DNA of 28,426 bases. Origin: a virus (taxonomy: Duplodnaviria; Caudoviricetes). The notes under the pieces are model-generated. The model did not search any database. It was given only the letters and a program-made list of their open reading frames with translations, and was not told the DNA's origin. The stretch lies in the IMG/VR virus record IMGVR_UViG_3300020422_000002, positions 1 to 28,426 of that record. One strand, 5' to 3'. The position numbers were made by a program, and so were the translations under genes. Positions 1-7,743 of this stretch are shown here, piece after piece; position 1 is the stretch's first letter; every line of letters begins with the position of its first letter.

Positions 1-263
1 ACTTGTTGTCTATGCCTGATAAGAAAGTCATTTTCCATTTCCTGCCATTCTAAATTGGCTTTCTCAGTAATATGACCCATGATGACAGGCCATACCTTCG
101 TTAAATCGTCTGGCGGTAGCTGATTAGTCTTTTCTTTGTAGAGTTTAAAAACTTTTTCAGGATCGCCATCAGCTAAAATACAGATGTCTGTACCTGTAAC
201 TTTTAGCTTACGTTCAGCTAGGTTTTTCTCTGATAGCTGAAATTGTTTAAAGTATTCTTTCAT
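1..263 (-). CDS. YqaJ-like (lambda exonuclease family) recombination nuclease, 5' part; runs off the window
   Basis: Not in ORF track. ATG at 263 with GAGGAG SD. Translation MKEYFKQFQLSEKNLAERKLKVTGTDICILADGDPEKVFKLYKEKTNQLPPDDLTKVWPVIMGHITEKANLEW fits the YqaJ N-terminal pattern R..I/VGGSD...L(W/Y).EKT...DL...MG...E. Confidence 0.75.
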   Translation of the reverse strand, partial: MKEYFKQFQLSEKNLAERKLKVTGTDICILADGDPEKVFKLYKEKTNQLPPDDLTKVWPVIMGHITEKANLEWQEMENDFLIRHRQQ

Positions 264-390
264 ACAATCTCCTCAATAATTTTCACCAGATTATACTACA
301 AGGCATAATTAATCAAATTTTTTTTCAGTTGATTAAATTTTATTTTTCATATTAATATATGCCTTAAACGAATAAAGGGGATAAATTTAC
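264..390. promoter_or_regulatory. Divergent early control region with inverted repeats
   Basis: AT-rich spacer between divergent genes; AAGGCATA...TATGCCTT and TTAATCAA...TTGATTAA inverted pairs; leftward TATAAT at 290-295. Confidence 0.55.
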
Positions 391-594
391 ATGAAATTAA
401 GTGCATATATGGTTGAAAAAGGCATCAGGCAGGTCGAATTAGCACGACTGTTGGGTGTAAATCAATCATCGGTTAATAAGTGGCTCTATCAAAAAGGTTT
501 GCCTTCTGGTAAGCATATGATAGAGATTTATAAATGGTCAAATGGTCAAGTTGCATTAGAGGATTGGATACATGGGAAAAGCATCAAGGGATAA
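391..594 (+). CDS. Cro-like / XRE helix-turn-helix regulator
   Basis: 67 aa, RQVELARLLGVNQSSVNKW HTH pattern; first gene of the rightward operon. Confidence 0.85.
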   Translation: MKLSAYMVEKGIRQVELARLLGVNQSSVNKWLYQKGLPSGKHMIEIYKWSNGQVALEDWIHGKSIKG

Positions 595-886
595 AGGTTA
601 CAGGACTGAAAATAACCTGAGAAAACAGGCCTTACTTCATGATGATATTGAGTGTTACCGAGTACCATTAAGTGGTGCTACAGATGTTATGAAGGGCGAT
701 TTAATCCTGAATAAAACAGGCGGTGAGAAGTGGCACATTGAAGTTAAATGCAGGGCAAGTGGTTTTAAGGAAATATACAAGTGGATTGATGGCCATGATG
801 CATTGATTATCAAGTCAGACAACAATAAGGCTTTAATGGTCATGGATTACGATGATGCCTTAGAACTTATTGCAGGGCGAAGTTAA
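572..886 (+). CDS. Holliday junction resolvase, Hjc-type PD-(D/E)xK nuclease
   Basis: MGKASRDKG..E, RVPLSGA, GDL and IEVK motifs. Confidence 0.8.
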   Translation: MGKASRDKGYRTENNLRKQALLHDDIECYRVPLSGATDVMKGDLILNKTGGEKWHIEVKCRASGFKEIYKWIDGHDALIIKSDNNKALMVMDYDDALELIAGRS

Positions 887-1755
887 TGAGTTTAAGGGCG
901 GTAGCATGGTGTATCGAGTTGTCTTTACCCAGTCCTATGGAATGGCAAATATTACTTAGGATTTGCAATCATTATAATGACGTATCCAAATTCGCTTATC
1001 CATCTCAGGATAGGCTTGGTAAACAATGCCAGATCAGAAGGGAAAATGTAAACAGGCACATTCAAAGTCTGGCTTCCCAAGGATTAATTGAGATAATTAA
1101 AGAGCCAAATAAGGTAAATAAATATCGACTGCCAATGCTCGAGAAGTATGTGTCGCAAACGTCACTCCCAAAAATGGATGTGACGATAACGTCACACGAA
1201 GATATAATATATAATATATCAGATGATATTACTTTATCTACTAATACATCTAATAACTATAAAGTAGATAAAGGCGATACCGCCTACTTAAATCCAAGAG
1301 ATAAATTATGGAAATTATATTTACCTTGGTTTGAAAAACAAAAAACATCAATTAGAAATTCAAGACCATTTTTATCCAAGCTAATTAATGTAGCTAGTAA
1401 TGATAGAAAAGATAACATGGATGATGCCTGTGAGGAATTATGTCAGGTATTTAAACATTGTACTGAGAATGAAAAATATAATCTCTCAGAATATTTGATG
1501 GCTAGTGCGAAGTCGATTGCTAAGAAAAGTAGGCCAACAAAAGAATTATCTCAGCAGGGCAAAGACATGATTGAAGACTGGATTGATAGGATTTACAAGA
1601 AAAGCAAGACTGATAACAGATTAATTGGTGAGGACTGGGATAAGATCAGGGAAGCATTTAGAGATGCTATGAGGAATGGAACAACTGAAATTTATACTGT
1701 AGATGGCAAACCATTGACAACCAGAGGCTTACAAGAGTATTTTTTAATAAAATGA
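886..1755 (+). CDS. Replication initiator with N-terminal winged HTH (lambda O-like position)
   Basis: AYPSQDRLGKQCQIRRENVNRHIQSLASQGLI is an HTH_36-type motif; low-complexity linker carries iteron-like repeats. Confidence 0.75.
   Translation: MSLRAVAWCIELSLPSPMEWQILLRICNHYNDVSKFAYPSQDRLGKQCQIRRENVNRHIQSLASQGLIEIIKEPNKVNKYRLPMLEKYVSQTSLPKMDVTITSHEDIIYNISDDITLSTNTSNNYKVDKGDTAYLNPRDKLWKLYLPWFEKQKTSIRNSRPFLSKLINVASNDRKDNMDDACEELCQVFKHCTENEKYNLSEYLMASAKSIAKKSRPTKELSQQGKDMIEDWIDRIYKKSKTDNRLIGEDWDKIREAFRDAMRNGTTEIYTVDGKPLTTRGLQEYFLIK
1148..1260. repeat. Putative origin: two 18-bp iteron-like repeats plus AT-rich tract
   Basis: ATGTGTCGCAAACGTCAC (1148-1165) and ATGTGACGATAACGTCAC (1178-1195), followed by GATATAATATATAATATATC. 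Confidence 0.55.
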
Positions 1756-1943
1756 TTTATGATAATGGACTTACACCAGAACAACAAAAGCAGGTCGATA
1801 AGGCCTACGAAGAACTTATGCAGGAATTAAAGAAGGTAAACAGAATTAAATATGACCAGATGATGAAGGAAGTTGAGGCAATAAACTCTGGCAAAGAAGT
1901 TATAAAAATTAAGGATGATAATCAATTTGATTTATTTGGATGA
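1752..1943 (+). CDS. Hypothetical protein
   Basis: Overlaps both neighbours by 4 nt; ends QFDLF, resembling a sliding-clamp-binding motif (weak). Confidence 0.65.
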   Translation: MIYDNGLTPEQQKQVDKAYEELMQELKKVNRIKYDQMMKEVEAINSGKEVIKIKDDNQFDLFG

Positions 1944-2443
1944 AAAAGAAAAAGAAAAAATATAATATTCGTACTGAACGAGTATTACCAACACCTGAGT
2001 TTCTCAAGAAGCATGAAGTCATTGAAAAGCAGACGAATAGAGCAGGTGAGAAAAGATTATATGTTACCGATCAATTGTGGATTGATACCTACTACAAGAA
2101 GGATATTATCAATTATGATCAACACCAGACAGCCATAAGGTTTTTATCCTTGTTTAAGAGGGCAGGAAGGGTGCAAAAGGTTACCATGAGTTTTAGTAAG
2201 GAAAGAATAGATAAGACCTATGCAGACACATTTAATCTTAGTTCAGAGGCCTTTGCAGATTATAATAAGATAAAAAGATTGATGGGTAGTAGAAGTTTTG
2301 ACTGTGTACAGGATGTTATTTGTTTCAATCTATCAGCTAAAGAATGGGCAATAAAAAACAGCCGAAACGTAAAAGCCTCGGCTGAGATATTTAGATTAAG
2401 TCTGGATGACCTAGCTGATGCATTTAAGAGTTTAAAATCCTAA
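1940..2443 (+). CDS. DUF6456-like (GafA/GafZ-related) late transcription regulator, Q-like position
   Basis: IINYDQHQTAIRF...F.RAG...VT...D...MG....CVQDVIC...EW....A..IFRLSLDDLA resembles DUF6456; last early gene before the late promoter. Confidence 0.65.
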   Translation: MKKKKKKYNIRTERVLPTPEFLKKHEVIEKQTNRAGEKRLYVTDQLWIDTYYKKDIINYDQHQTAIRFLSLFKRAGRVQKVTMSFSKERIDKTYADTFNLSSEAFADYNKIKRLMGSRSFDCVQDVICFNLSAKEWAIKNSRNVKASAEIFRLSLDDLADAFKSLKS

Positions 2444-2672
2444 AACCATCTTCTCCAATTCTAGTTTGCTGATGCCTAGACTTGATAGCTACATCAACTT
2501 TAGCCATTTGAACACGATGAGAGTTCATTTCTCTTTTTAGTTTTCTAAGTTTTTTTAGATCTGGATTATCCTTCTTGGCTTCAAGATTGTGATGTACTTC
2601 AGAACATTCATGGTTCAGTAAATGCCACCTGCGAACAATCATGAGTTCCTCATAATCAAGTAGCTTTTTCAT
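2424..2672 (-). CDS. Hypothetical basic coiled-coil protein (82 aa)
   Basis: ATG at 2672 (MKKLLDYEEL) overlaps the stop of the upstream 27-aa ORF (ATGA); preferred to the ORF-track start at 2708. Confidence 0.6.
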   Translation of the reverse strand: MKKLLDYEELMIVRRWHLLNHECSEVHHNLEAKKDNPDLKKLRKLKREMNSHRVQMAKVDVAIKSRHQQTRIGEDGFRILNS

Positions 2673-2752
2673 GATATCACCAGAATAAACCAAAAGAAAA
2701 TCCAACACATGGATATGCCAAGTGTGTATATAATAAGTTCGTAATAGTTCAT
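2669..2752 (-). CDS. 27-aa single-TM membrane peptide
   Basis: Not in ORF track. MNYYELIIYTLGISMCWIFFWFILVIS; GAGGAG SD; upstream promoter; translationally coupled to next ORF. Confidence 0.6.
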   Translation of the reverse strand: MNYYELIIYTLGISMCWIFFWFILVIS

Positions 2753-2781
2753 AACATCTCCTCTAATTATGTCTTGAAGGA

Positions 2782-2810
2782 ATATTAATTGCATTATTAT
2801 TAAATTACAA
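2782..2810 (-). promoter_or_regulatory. Leftward sigma70-like promoter
   Basis: TTGTAA-17 nt-TAATAT on the minus strand upstream of 2752. Confidence 0.5.
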
Positions 2811-2820
2811 GAAAATTAAT

Positions 2821-2849
2821 TTGACATAAAGAACTTTTGAATTTACTGT
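2821..2849 (+). promoter_or_regulatory. Late (pR'-like) sigma70 promoter
   Basis: TTGACA-17 nt-TACTGT. Confidence 0.6.
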
Positions 2850-2935
2850 TTTTTACAAGATGGATTATTGACGATTGCTCCAGATGCCTTAATTGAAAGT
2901 GATCGATAATAACTTCTTTATAAATAAATGTTGAT

Positions 2936-2965
2936 AAGGTCAGGTAGTTTTATCTGGCCTTTTTT
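2936..2965 (+). terminator. Intrinsic terminator upstream of terS (tR'-like)
   Basis: AAGGTCAGGTA-GTTT-TATCTGGCCTT stem (two G-U pairs) followed by a T-run. Confidence 0.65.
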
Positions 2966-2978
2966 ATTGGATTGAATT

Positions 2979-3434
2979 ATGCCACGAATGACTGAAGAAA
3001 AATGGAATGAGTTTCTAAAAAGAATTGGTGAAGGTAGATCAGCTAGGGATGTATGCGGTAATGATAAGGATATGCCTTCATGGAGAATAGTTTCAATTAA
3101 ATTAAATGAAGATAGTTTATTTGCTCAGAAGTATTCACTTGCAATGGAGAATAGAGGGCAAGTATATGCCGATAAGATAAGTGATATTATTAATCAGGTA
3201 GTCGAAGGGAACTTAGATCCGAATGCAGGAAGAGTGGCTATCGATGGATTAAAGTGGATGAGTATGAAACTTGCACCTAAGAAGTATGGAGACATTCATA
3301 GGATGGAAGTAAAGCATGAGACTAGCTATGTAGATGCATTGAAAGCGGTTGGGGAGATGGTAGATAGTACTACAACTAGTAACGCATTACGCACACGAGG
3401 CACAGAAAAAGAAGAAAAAAAGACAATAAATTAG
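2979..3434 (+). CDS. terS: Terminase small subunit (Sf6/P22-like)
   Basis: I.EG.S...VC....MPS.........F...Y..A and RVAIDGLKW...KLAPKKYGD motifs. Confidence 0.88.
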   Translation: MPRMTEEKWNEFLKRIGEGRSARDVCGNDKDMPSWRIVSIKLNEDSLFAQKYSLAMENRGQVYADKISDIINQVVEGNLDPNAGRVAIDGLKWMSMKLAPKKYGDIHRMEVKHETSYVDALKAVGEMVDSTTTSNALRTRGTEKEEKKTIN

Positions 3435-3469
3435 TGTCGTTACATATTTAACCTGACGAATATTGTATT

Positions 3470-3482
3470 TAAGTTATTGATT
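3470..3482 (-). promoter_or_regulatory. IHF consensus site 1
   Basis: Minus strand AATCAATAACTTA matches WATCAANNNNTTR. Confidence 0.5.
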
Positions 3483-3605
3483 TAGTTGGAAAAGATATAT
3501 CTGGGTAACTATTTGGATAACCAGATTAGGATTTTATTAGGGATTTTTTGTTTCACCCCCCCCTTGAAGACAGGCAGGGGGCAGGTGTAAATATATATAC
3601 CCCTC

Positions 3606-3965
3606 TCAATTGAGTTGTTCTAAATAAACTCTTTTGAGTTGTTTACTTTTTTGATGAAAGTAAAATCCGCCTTTGACTATTTCTGGATCTTCATCAATAT
3701 CGTAATTGTCTTCGAGATAATCGATTGATGCTCTGTTTTCCAGATCATCTAGAAACAGTTTAAATATGTCTAGGTCGATTAAGGTTGTTGGCTTGATTTT
3801 ATTTTTCAGAAAGTCATCAAGGAATTGAATGTATCTTTGTTTTTGATCTTCATTTTCAAAGTTACCTTCAACTGGATCTTCTTGGGTACAAGTCTTGAAG
3901 TTGTAAACTTCATCTTTTGTATATTTTGTTTTTATAAATTTAATTGTGAATGGTATTTTTTTCAT
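3606..3965 (-). CDS. Hypothetical acidic protein (119 aa), inserted between terS and terL
   Basis: ATG at 3965 (MKKIPFTIKF) with GAGGAG SD and extended -10 TGTTATAAT upstream; preferred to start 4037. Confidence 0.7.
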   Translation of the reverse strand: MKKIPFTIKFIKTKYTKDEVYNFKTCTQEDPVEGNFENEDQKQRYIQFLDDFLKNKIKPTTLIDLDIFKLFLDDLENRASIDYLEDNYDIDEDPEIVKGGFYFHQKSKQLKRVYLEQLN

Positions 3966-4029
3966 ATTTTTCTCCTCAATAAAATTTATTATAACAAACA
4001 AATGTGTCAAAATTATGGCAACATATTTG

Positions 4030-4042
4030 TAAGTCATTGATT
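4030..4042 (-). promoter_or_regulatory. IHF consensus site 2
   Basis: Minus strand AATCAATGACTTA matches WATCAANNNNTTR. Confidence 0.5.
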
Positions 4043-4128
4043 ATAAAGGATAAATCGGCATTTTTGGCCATTTATGGTATCTACATGGGGTCTCCCCTTG
4101 CCATGTAGGAAGGGATAGGGGCGGACTT

Positions 4129-5520
4129 TTGGATAAAGCAACTGAAACATTATTGAAATTAAGAAACGATCCAGTTTTATTTGTAGAGAAGGTATTGAAT
4201 GCTACCCCCCAGAAGTGGCAGAAAAAGGCATTAAGAGGCATACAAAAAAATGATAAAGTTGCAATCAGGTCTGGTCATGGTGTTGGCAAGACAGCCTTCC
4301 AGTCATGGTTGATTTTATGGTGGATGCTTACTCATTATCCTTGCAAAATTGCAATTACTGGAAATACTCAGCACCAGTTGCAGGATGTTTTGTGGACTGA
4401 ATTGGATAAGTGGTACAGGCAGTTGCCTGATGGATTTAAAAGCCAGTTAGACATTAAGTCGGATAAGATTGCCTTACATGGTGCAAAAGACAGTTATGCG
4501 GTATGCAGAGTATCCAGAAAAGAAAATCCAGAAAGCCTTCAGGGCTTTCATAGCGAAAATATGCTTTTTATTTGTGAAGAGGCCTCTGGTATTCCTGATA
4601 TTATATTTCAGGTTGCGGAAGGTAGTTTATCTACCGAGGGGGCAAAGGTTGTTATGTGTGGTAACCCTACGAGGTCTGATGGATATTTTTATGAGGCCTT
4701 TCATAGCATGAGGCATCGTTGGTTTACGATGAAGGTTAGTTGTTTGGAAAGTGAATATGTATCCGAACAGTTTTTAGAGGACATGAAGTCTAAATATTCT
4801 GAAGAAAGTAATATTTGGAGGGTCAGGGTGGCAGGTGATTTTCCTGATCAGTCTGATGATGTTTTGTTACCTATGCATTTACTAGAGACAGCTATAACGA
4901 GGGATGTAGAGCCTTCACCGACAACACCTGTTGTTTGGGGTGTTGATGTAGCCAGATATGGATCTGACAGGTCAGCCTTGGCCAAAAGAAGGGGTCAGGA
5001 GTTATTAGAGCCGATTAAGACTTATTCTGGCAAAGACATTATGGAGATGGCAGGAATTATTTTATCTGAGTACGAGGCGGTAAGATATTCTGACAGGCCA
5101 GAGGCTATTTATATTGATGCAATTGGCATTGGTGCAGGATTGGCTGACAGGCTCAAAGAATTAGATCTTCCTGCGGTATCTGTGGCAGTTTCTGAATCAG
5201 CCAGTCTGAAGGATAAATTTGGAAGGTTAAGAGATGAATTATTTTGGAATGCTAGGGAATGGTTTGAGGGCAGGGATGTAAAGATACCTCAAGACGATGC
5301 CTTGATACAGGAGTTAACCAGTATTCGTTATAAATATTTATCGACAGGTAAGTTAAAGATTGAAAGTAAAGACGAGATGAAAAGGAGAGGCCAGAGGTCT
5401 CCAGACGTTGCAGATAGTTTTGTTTTAACATTTGCCGATCAGGGTGCATTGGCCTCTGGATCATATGGCAGGTGGAATAGTAGGAAGGTTTTCAGGCCTG
5501 ATACATCATGGATTATTTAA
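4129..5520 (+). CDS. terL: Terminase large subunit
   Basis: Walker A SGHGVGKT, Walker B LFICEEASG, GNPT coupling motif, nuclease GVDVARYGSD and SPDVADS; TTG start. Confidence 0.95.
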   Translation: MDKATETLLKLRNDPVLFVEKVLNATPQKWQKKALRGIQKNDKVAIRSGHGVGKTAFQSWLILWWMLTHYPCKIAITGNTQHQLQDVLWTELDKWYRQLPDGFKSQLDIKSDKIALHGAKDSYAVCRVSRKENPESLQGFHSENMLFICEEASGIPDIIFQVAEGSLSTEGAKVVMCGNPTRSDGYFYEAFHSMRHRWFTMKVSCLESEYVSEQFLEDMKSKYSEESNIWRVRVAGDFPDQSDDVLLPMHLLETAITRDVEPSPTTPVVWGVDVARYGSDRSALAKRRGQELLEPIKTYSGKDIMEMAGIILSEYEAVRYSDRPEAIYIDAIGIGAGLADRLKELDLPAVSVAVSESASLKDKFGRLRDELFWNAREWFEGRDVKIPQDDALIQELTSIRYKYLSTGKLKIESKDEMKRRGQRSPDVADSFVLTFADQGALASGSYGRWNSRKVFRPDTSWII

Positions 5521-5793
5521 ATGGCAAAAGATTATAGATTAGAAAAGGCAGGGGTATCTGGATACAATAAGCCGAAGAAAACACCAAATCATAAAACCAA
5601 GAGCCATATTGTGGTTGCAAAGGTTGGAGATAAAATTAAGACAATCAGGTTTGGTCAGCAGGGTGTAACAGGTGCAGGAAAAAACCCTAAAACGAAAAAA
5701 GATAAAATGAGGCGGAAGCAGTATTATGCTAGGCATGGTCAGACTTCCGATAAATTGTCAGCTAAATACTGGTCTCATAAGGTGAAGTGGTAA
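5521..5793 (+). CDS. Small basic conserved viral protein
   Basis: Lys-rich; K.IRFGQQG...RRK.YYARH...SAKYWS.KVKW pattern recurrent in marine viruses. Confidence 0.75.
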   Translation: MAKDYRLEKAGVSGYNKPKKTPNHKTKSHIVVAKVGDKIKTIRFGQQGVTGAGKNPKTKKDKMRRKQYYARHGQTSDKLSAKYWSHKVKW

Positions 5794-7151
5794 TGCAACA
5801 GAATAGTTTAATGTTTTATCAACCGAGTGATGCTTTACCGCCACCAAGGTTTAATTTTACTTTTTTGCCGATTTCAGCAAATAGATTTGGAAGTGATAAA
5901 AATGTTTCGTTGGGAGTTCCTCAATTTTTAGTTGATATGTACGATGCAACTATTGGAGCAACTGGCAAGGCTTTGTCTGGTGAATTAGGTGTGCCAAGTG
6001 TTGATAATCCTAAATTTACACAGGCAGGAAGAGACATGGCCTTAAACACAGCTTATGGCGGACTAATGTCATCGGTTTTACCAAAGACAATGCCAAAAGG
6101 TGCATTGGGTATGTCAGGAAGTAAGCCTCTTACGAAGGAACAAATTGATCCACTTGGTTATGGAAAAACTAAGGGATTACTTACTAAGCCTCTAGATGAG
6201 TTTGATATTGGCTATAAAAATTATGTTGATTTAGTTCCAAAAAAAGAAGTTAAAATTGAAGATTTGCAAGGTTCAGTCTTATTTCCACTTTTGGGCGATC
6301 AAAGTGCTACAGGCCTTTTATTAAAATCTATTGACGATATGAAATTTCAAAAACCAGTAAAGCTAGAGGGTGGAGTTGGTTTCATGAGAAGTGAGGCTCA
6401 GAAAAAAGAAGGAACTGCTTGGGCATCTGGTAAGGGTGTTATATCAGACATACACAATAGAGTTAAAAAAGTTGCTAATGAAACTGGTTTACCTGTAAAA
6501 ATGGTTTATACTGCTATGGGAAAAGATGCTGTAGATTTTGCAACTTTTCCTGCATCTGCTTTAGCAGAGCAAATACCTTTCAAAAAAATATTGAAAAAAG
6601 ATATGGCTAGTTTTAACAAAAAAATGAAACAGGCTATCAATATTAAGGGTGATCAACACAATGCGGTAAAAGATTTTGTAGGTGTAGAAAGTCCATTGCT
6701 AAGAACTTATTTGGAAATTGCACCACCAAATGTAAGGAAAAAATTTGTAAAATTGATGGATACAGCAGAGTTTCAAAATGCAGATTTTCCAAGTGTAGCT
6801 TTGACCAGATTTGCTGTTACTGATGATGCATTGAAAAAAGCTGTAACTGGAGATGCAGGTTTGGGTATAGCAAAACCAAATTTAAATAAATTGCCGACTG
6901 ATAAGCCGATTGTGCCACATTCAACATATCCTACACAAATTTATGGGGATTATTTTGGTGGTCTTCCTCAGTCTATACCAAAAACAATTTTATTTAGAGA
7001 TTTTTTTGATAAGTATAAAGGTGCAACAACTTCAACAGGTAAACCCATGTCACCATCCATGATTGATTATAGTTTTAGATTGAATTTGCCAACACAAAAA
7101 GTTGATCAACAACTTGTTGATGAAGTTAATAAATATTTATTAAATAGATAA
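5793..7151 (+). CDS. Hypothetical protein (about 452 aa), possible virion-packaged effector
   Basis: Long ORF; ATG at 5793 in TAATG overlap; Gly-rich N-terminal ~110 aa then a globular-looking region. Confidence 0.8.
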   Translation: MQQNSLMFYQPSDALPPPRFNFTFLPISANRFGSDKNVSLGVPQFLVDMYDATIGATGKALSGELGVPSVDNPKFTQAGRDMALNTAYGGLMSSVLPKTMPKGALGMSGSKPLTKEQIDPLGYGKTKGLLTKPLDEFDIGYKNYVDLVPKKEVKIEDLQGSVLFPLLGDQSATGLLLKSIDDMKFQKPVKLEGGVGFMRSEAQKKEGTAWASGKGVISDIHNRVKKVANETGLPVKMVYTAMGKDAVDFATFPASALAEQIPFKKILKKDMASFNKKMKQAINIKGDQHNAVKDFVGVESPLLRTYLEIAPPNVRKKFVKLMDTAEFQNADFPSVALTRFAVTDDALKKAVTGDAGLGIAKPNLNKLPTDKPIVPHSTYPTQIYGDYFGGLPQSIPKTILFRDFFDKYKGATTSTGKPMSPSMIDYSFRLNLPTQKVDQQLVDEVNKYLLNR

Positions 7152-7152
7152 A

Positions 7153-7308
7153 TTATTTTCTTAAAAATACAGGCGGATGATCCTCCTGATTTATTTTAAG
7201 AAGTTCGCAAACTAATTTATCAAATTCATGAATTTTAGACAGAGGCTGATCTTGCATCAAATCCTCTGCTTTTTTAACAATTAATGTTCTTTTAGAATAT
7301 TTGTTCAT
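7153..7308 (-). CDS. 51-aa hypothetical protein convergent with the 454-aa gene
   Basis: Not in ORF track. MNKYSKRTLIVKKAEDLMQDQPLSKIHEFDKLVCELLKINQEDHPPVFLRK; GAGGAG SD; fills the intergenic gap. Confidence 0.65.
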   Translation of the reverse strand: MNKYSKRTLIVKKAEDLMQDQPLSKIHEFDKLVCELLKINQEDHPPVFLRK

Positions 7309-7362
7309 AATCTCCTCAATGGAGAATTTTACAAAATTTTGAAAAAAAACACAAGGAAATTA

Positions 7363-7743
7363 ATGTTAAAGGTCAAAACAAAACTTGGTTGGGATGAGGT
7401 CAAAGGTATTACAGTTATAGCTGACGAAGATATCAGAAAAGGTAGTTGCATTACTTACTTTGATCCAGATTATGACTTGGTTTTTGAAAAGACATATATT
7501 GAAAATATGCCAGAGGCACAAAAACAATATGTAAAAAACATGACATATGAATACGAATTTGGTATTGATTATAAATATGTTTTACCATTTGGACATGAGC
7601 CTTATATGAACCACGATAGTAAACCTAATGTCGATGAGTATGGCAGGGCATTACAGAATATCAAATCTGGTGATGAATTAACCTGTGATTATGTGTTAAT
7701 GGATAGTAGATGTGTGTTGGGATCTGAGCCTTGGCTAACTTAA
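7363..7743 (+). CDS. SET-domain protein (putative lysine methyltransferase)
   Basis: G..VIADEDIRKG, YMNHDSKPN and ALQNIKSGDELTCDY match the SET motifs NHS..PN and I..GEEL..DY; ATG at 7363 with AAGGA SD. Confidence 0.88.
   Translation: MLKVKTKLGWDEVKGITVIADEDIRKGSCITYFDPDYDLVFEKTYIENMPEAQKQYVKNMTYEYEFGIDYKYVLPFGHEPYMNHDSKPNVDEYGRALQNIKSGDELTCDYVLMDSRCVLGSEPWLT

Noticed and set aside
352-367. CtrA box (TTAA-N7-TTAA)
   Set aside because: Spacing is N8, and TTAA is common in AT-rich DNA
3988-4010. Perfect TTGACA and TATAAT on the minus strand as a canonical promoter
   Set aside because: Spacer is only 11 nt; only the extended -10 (TGTTATAAT) is credible
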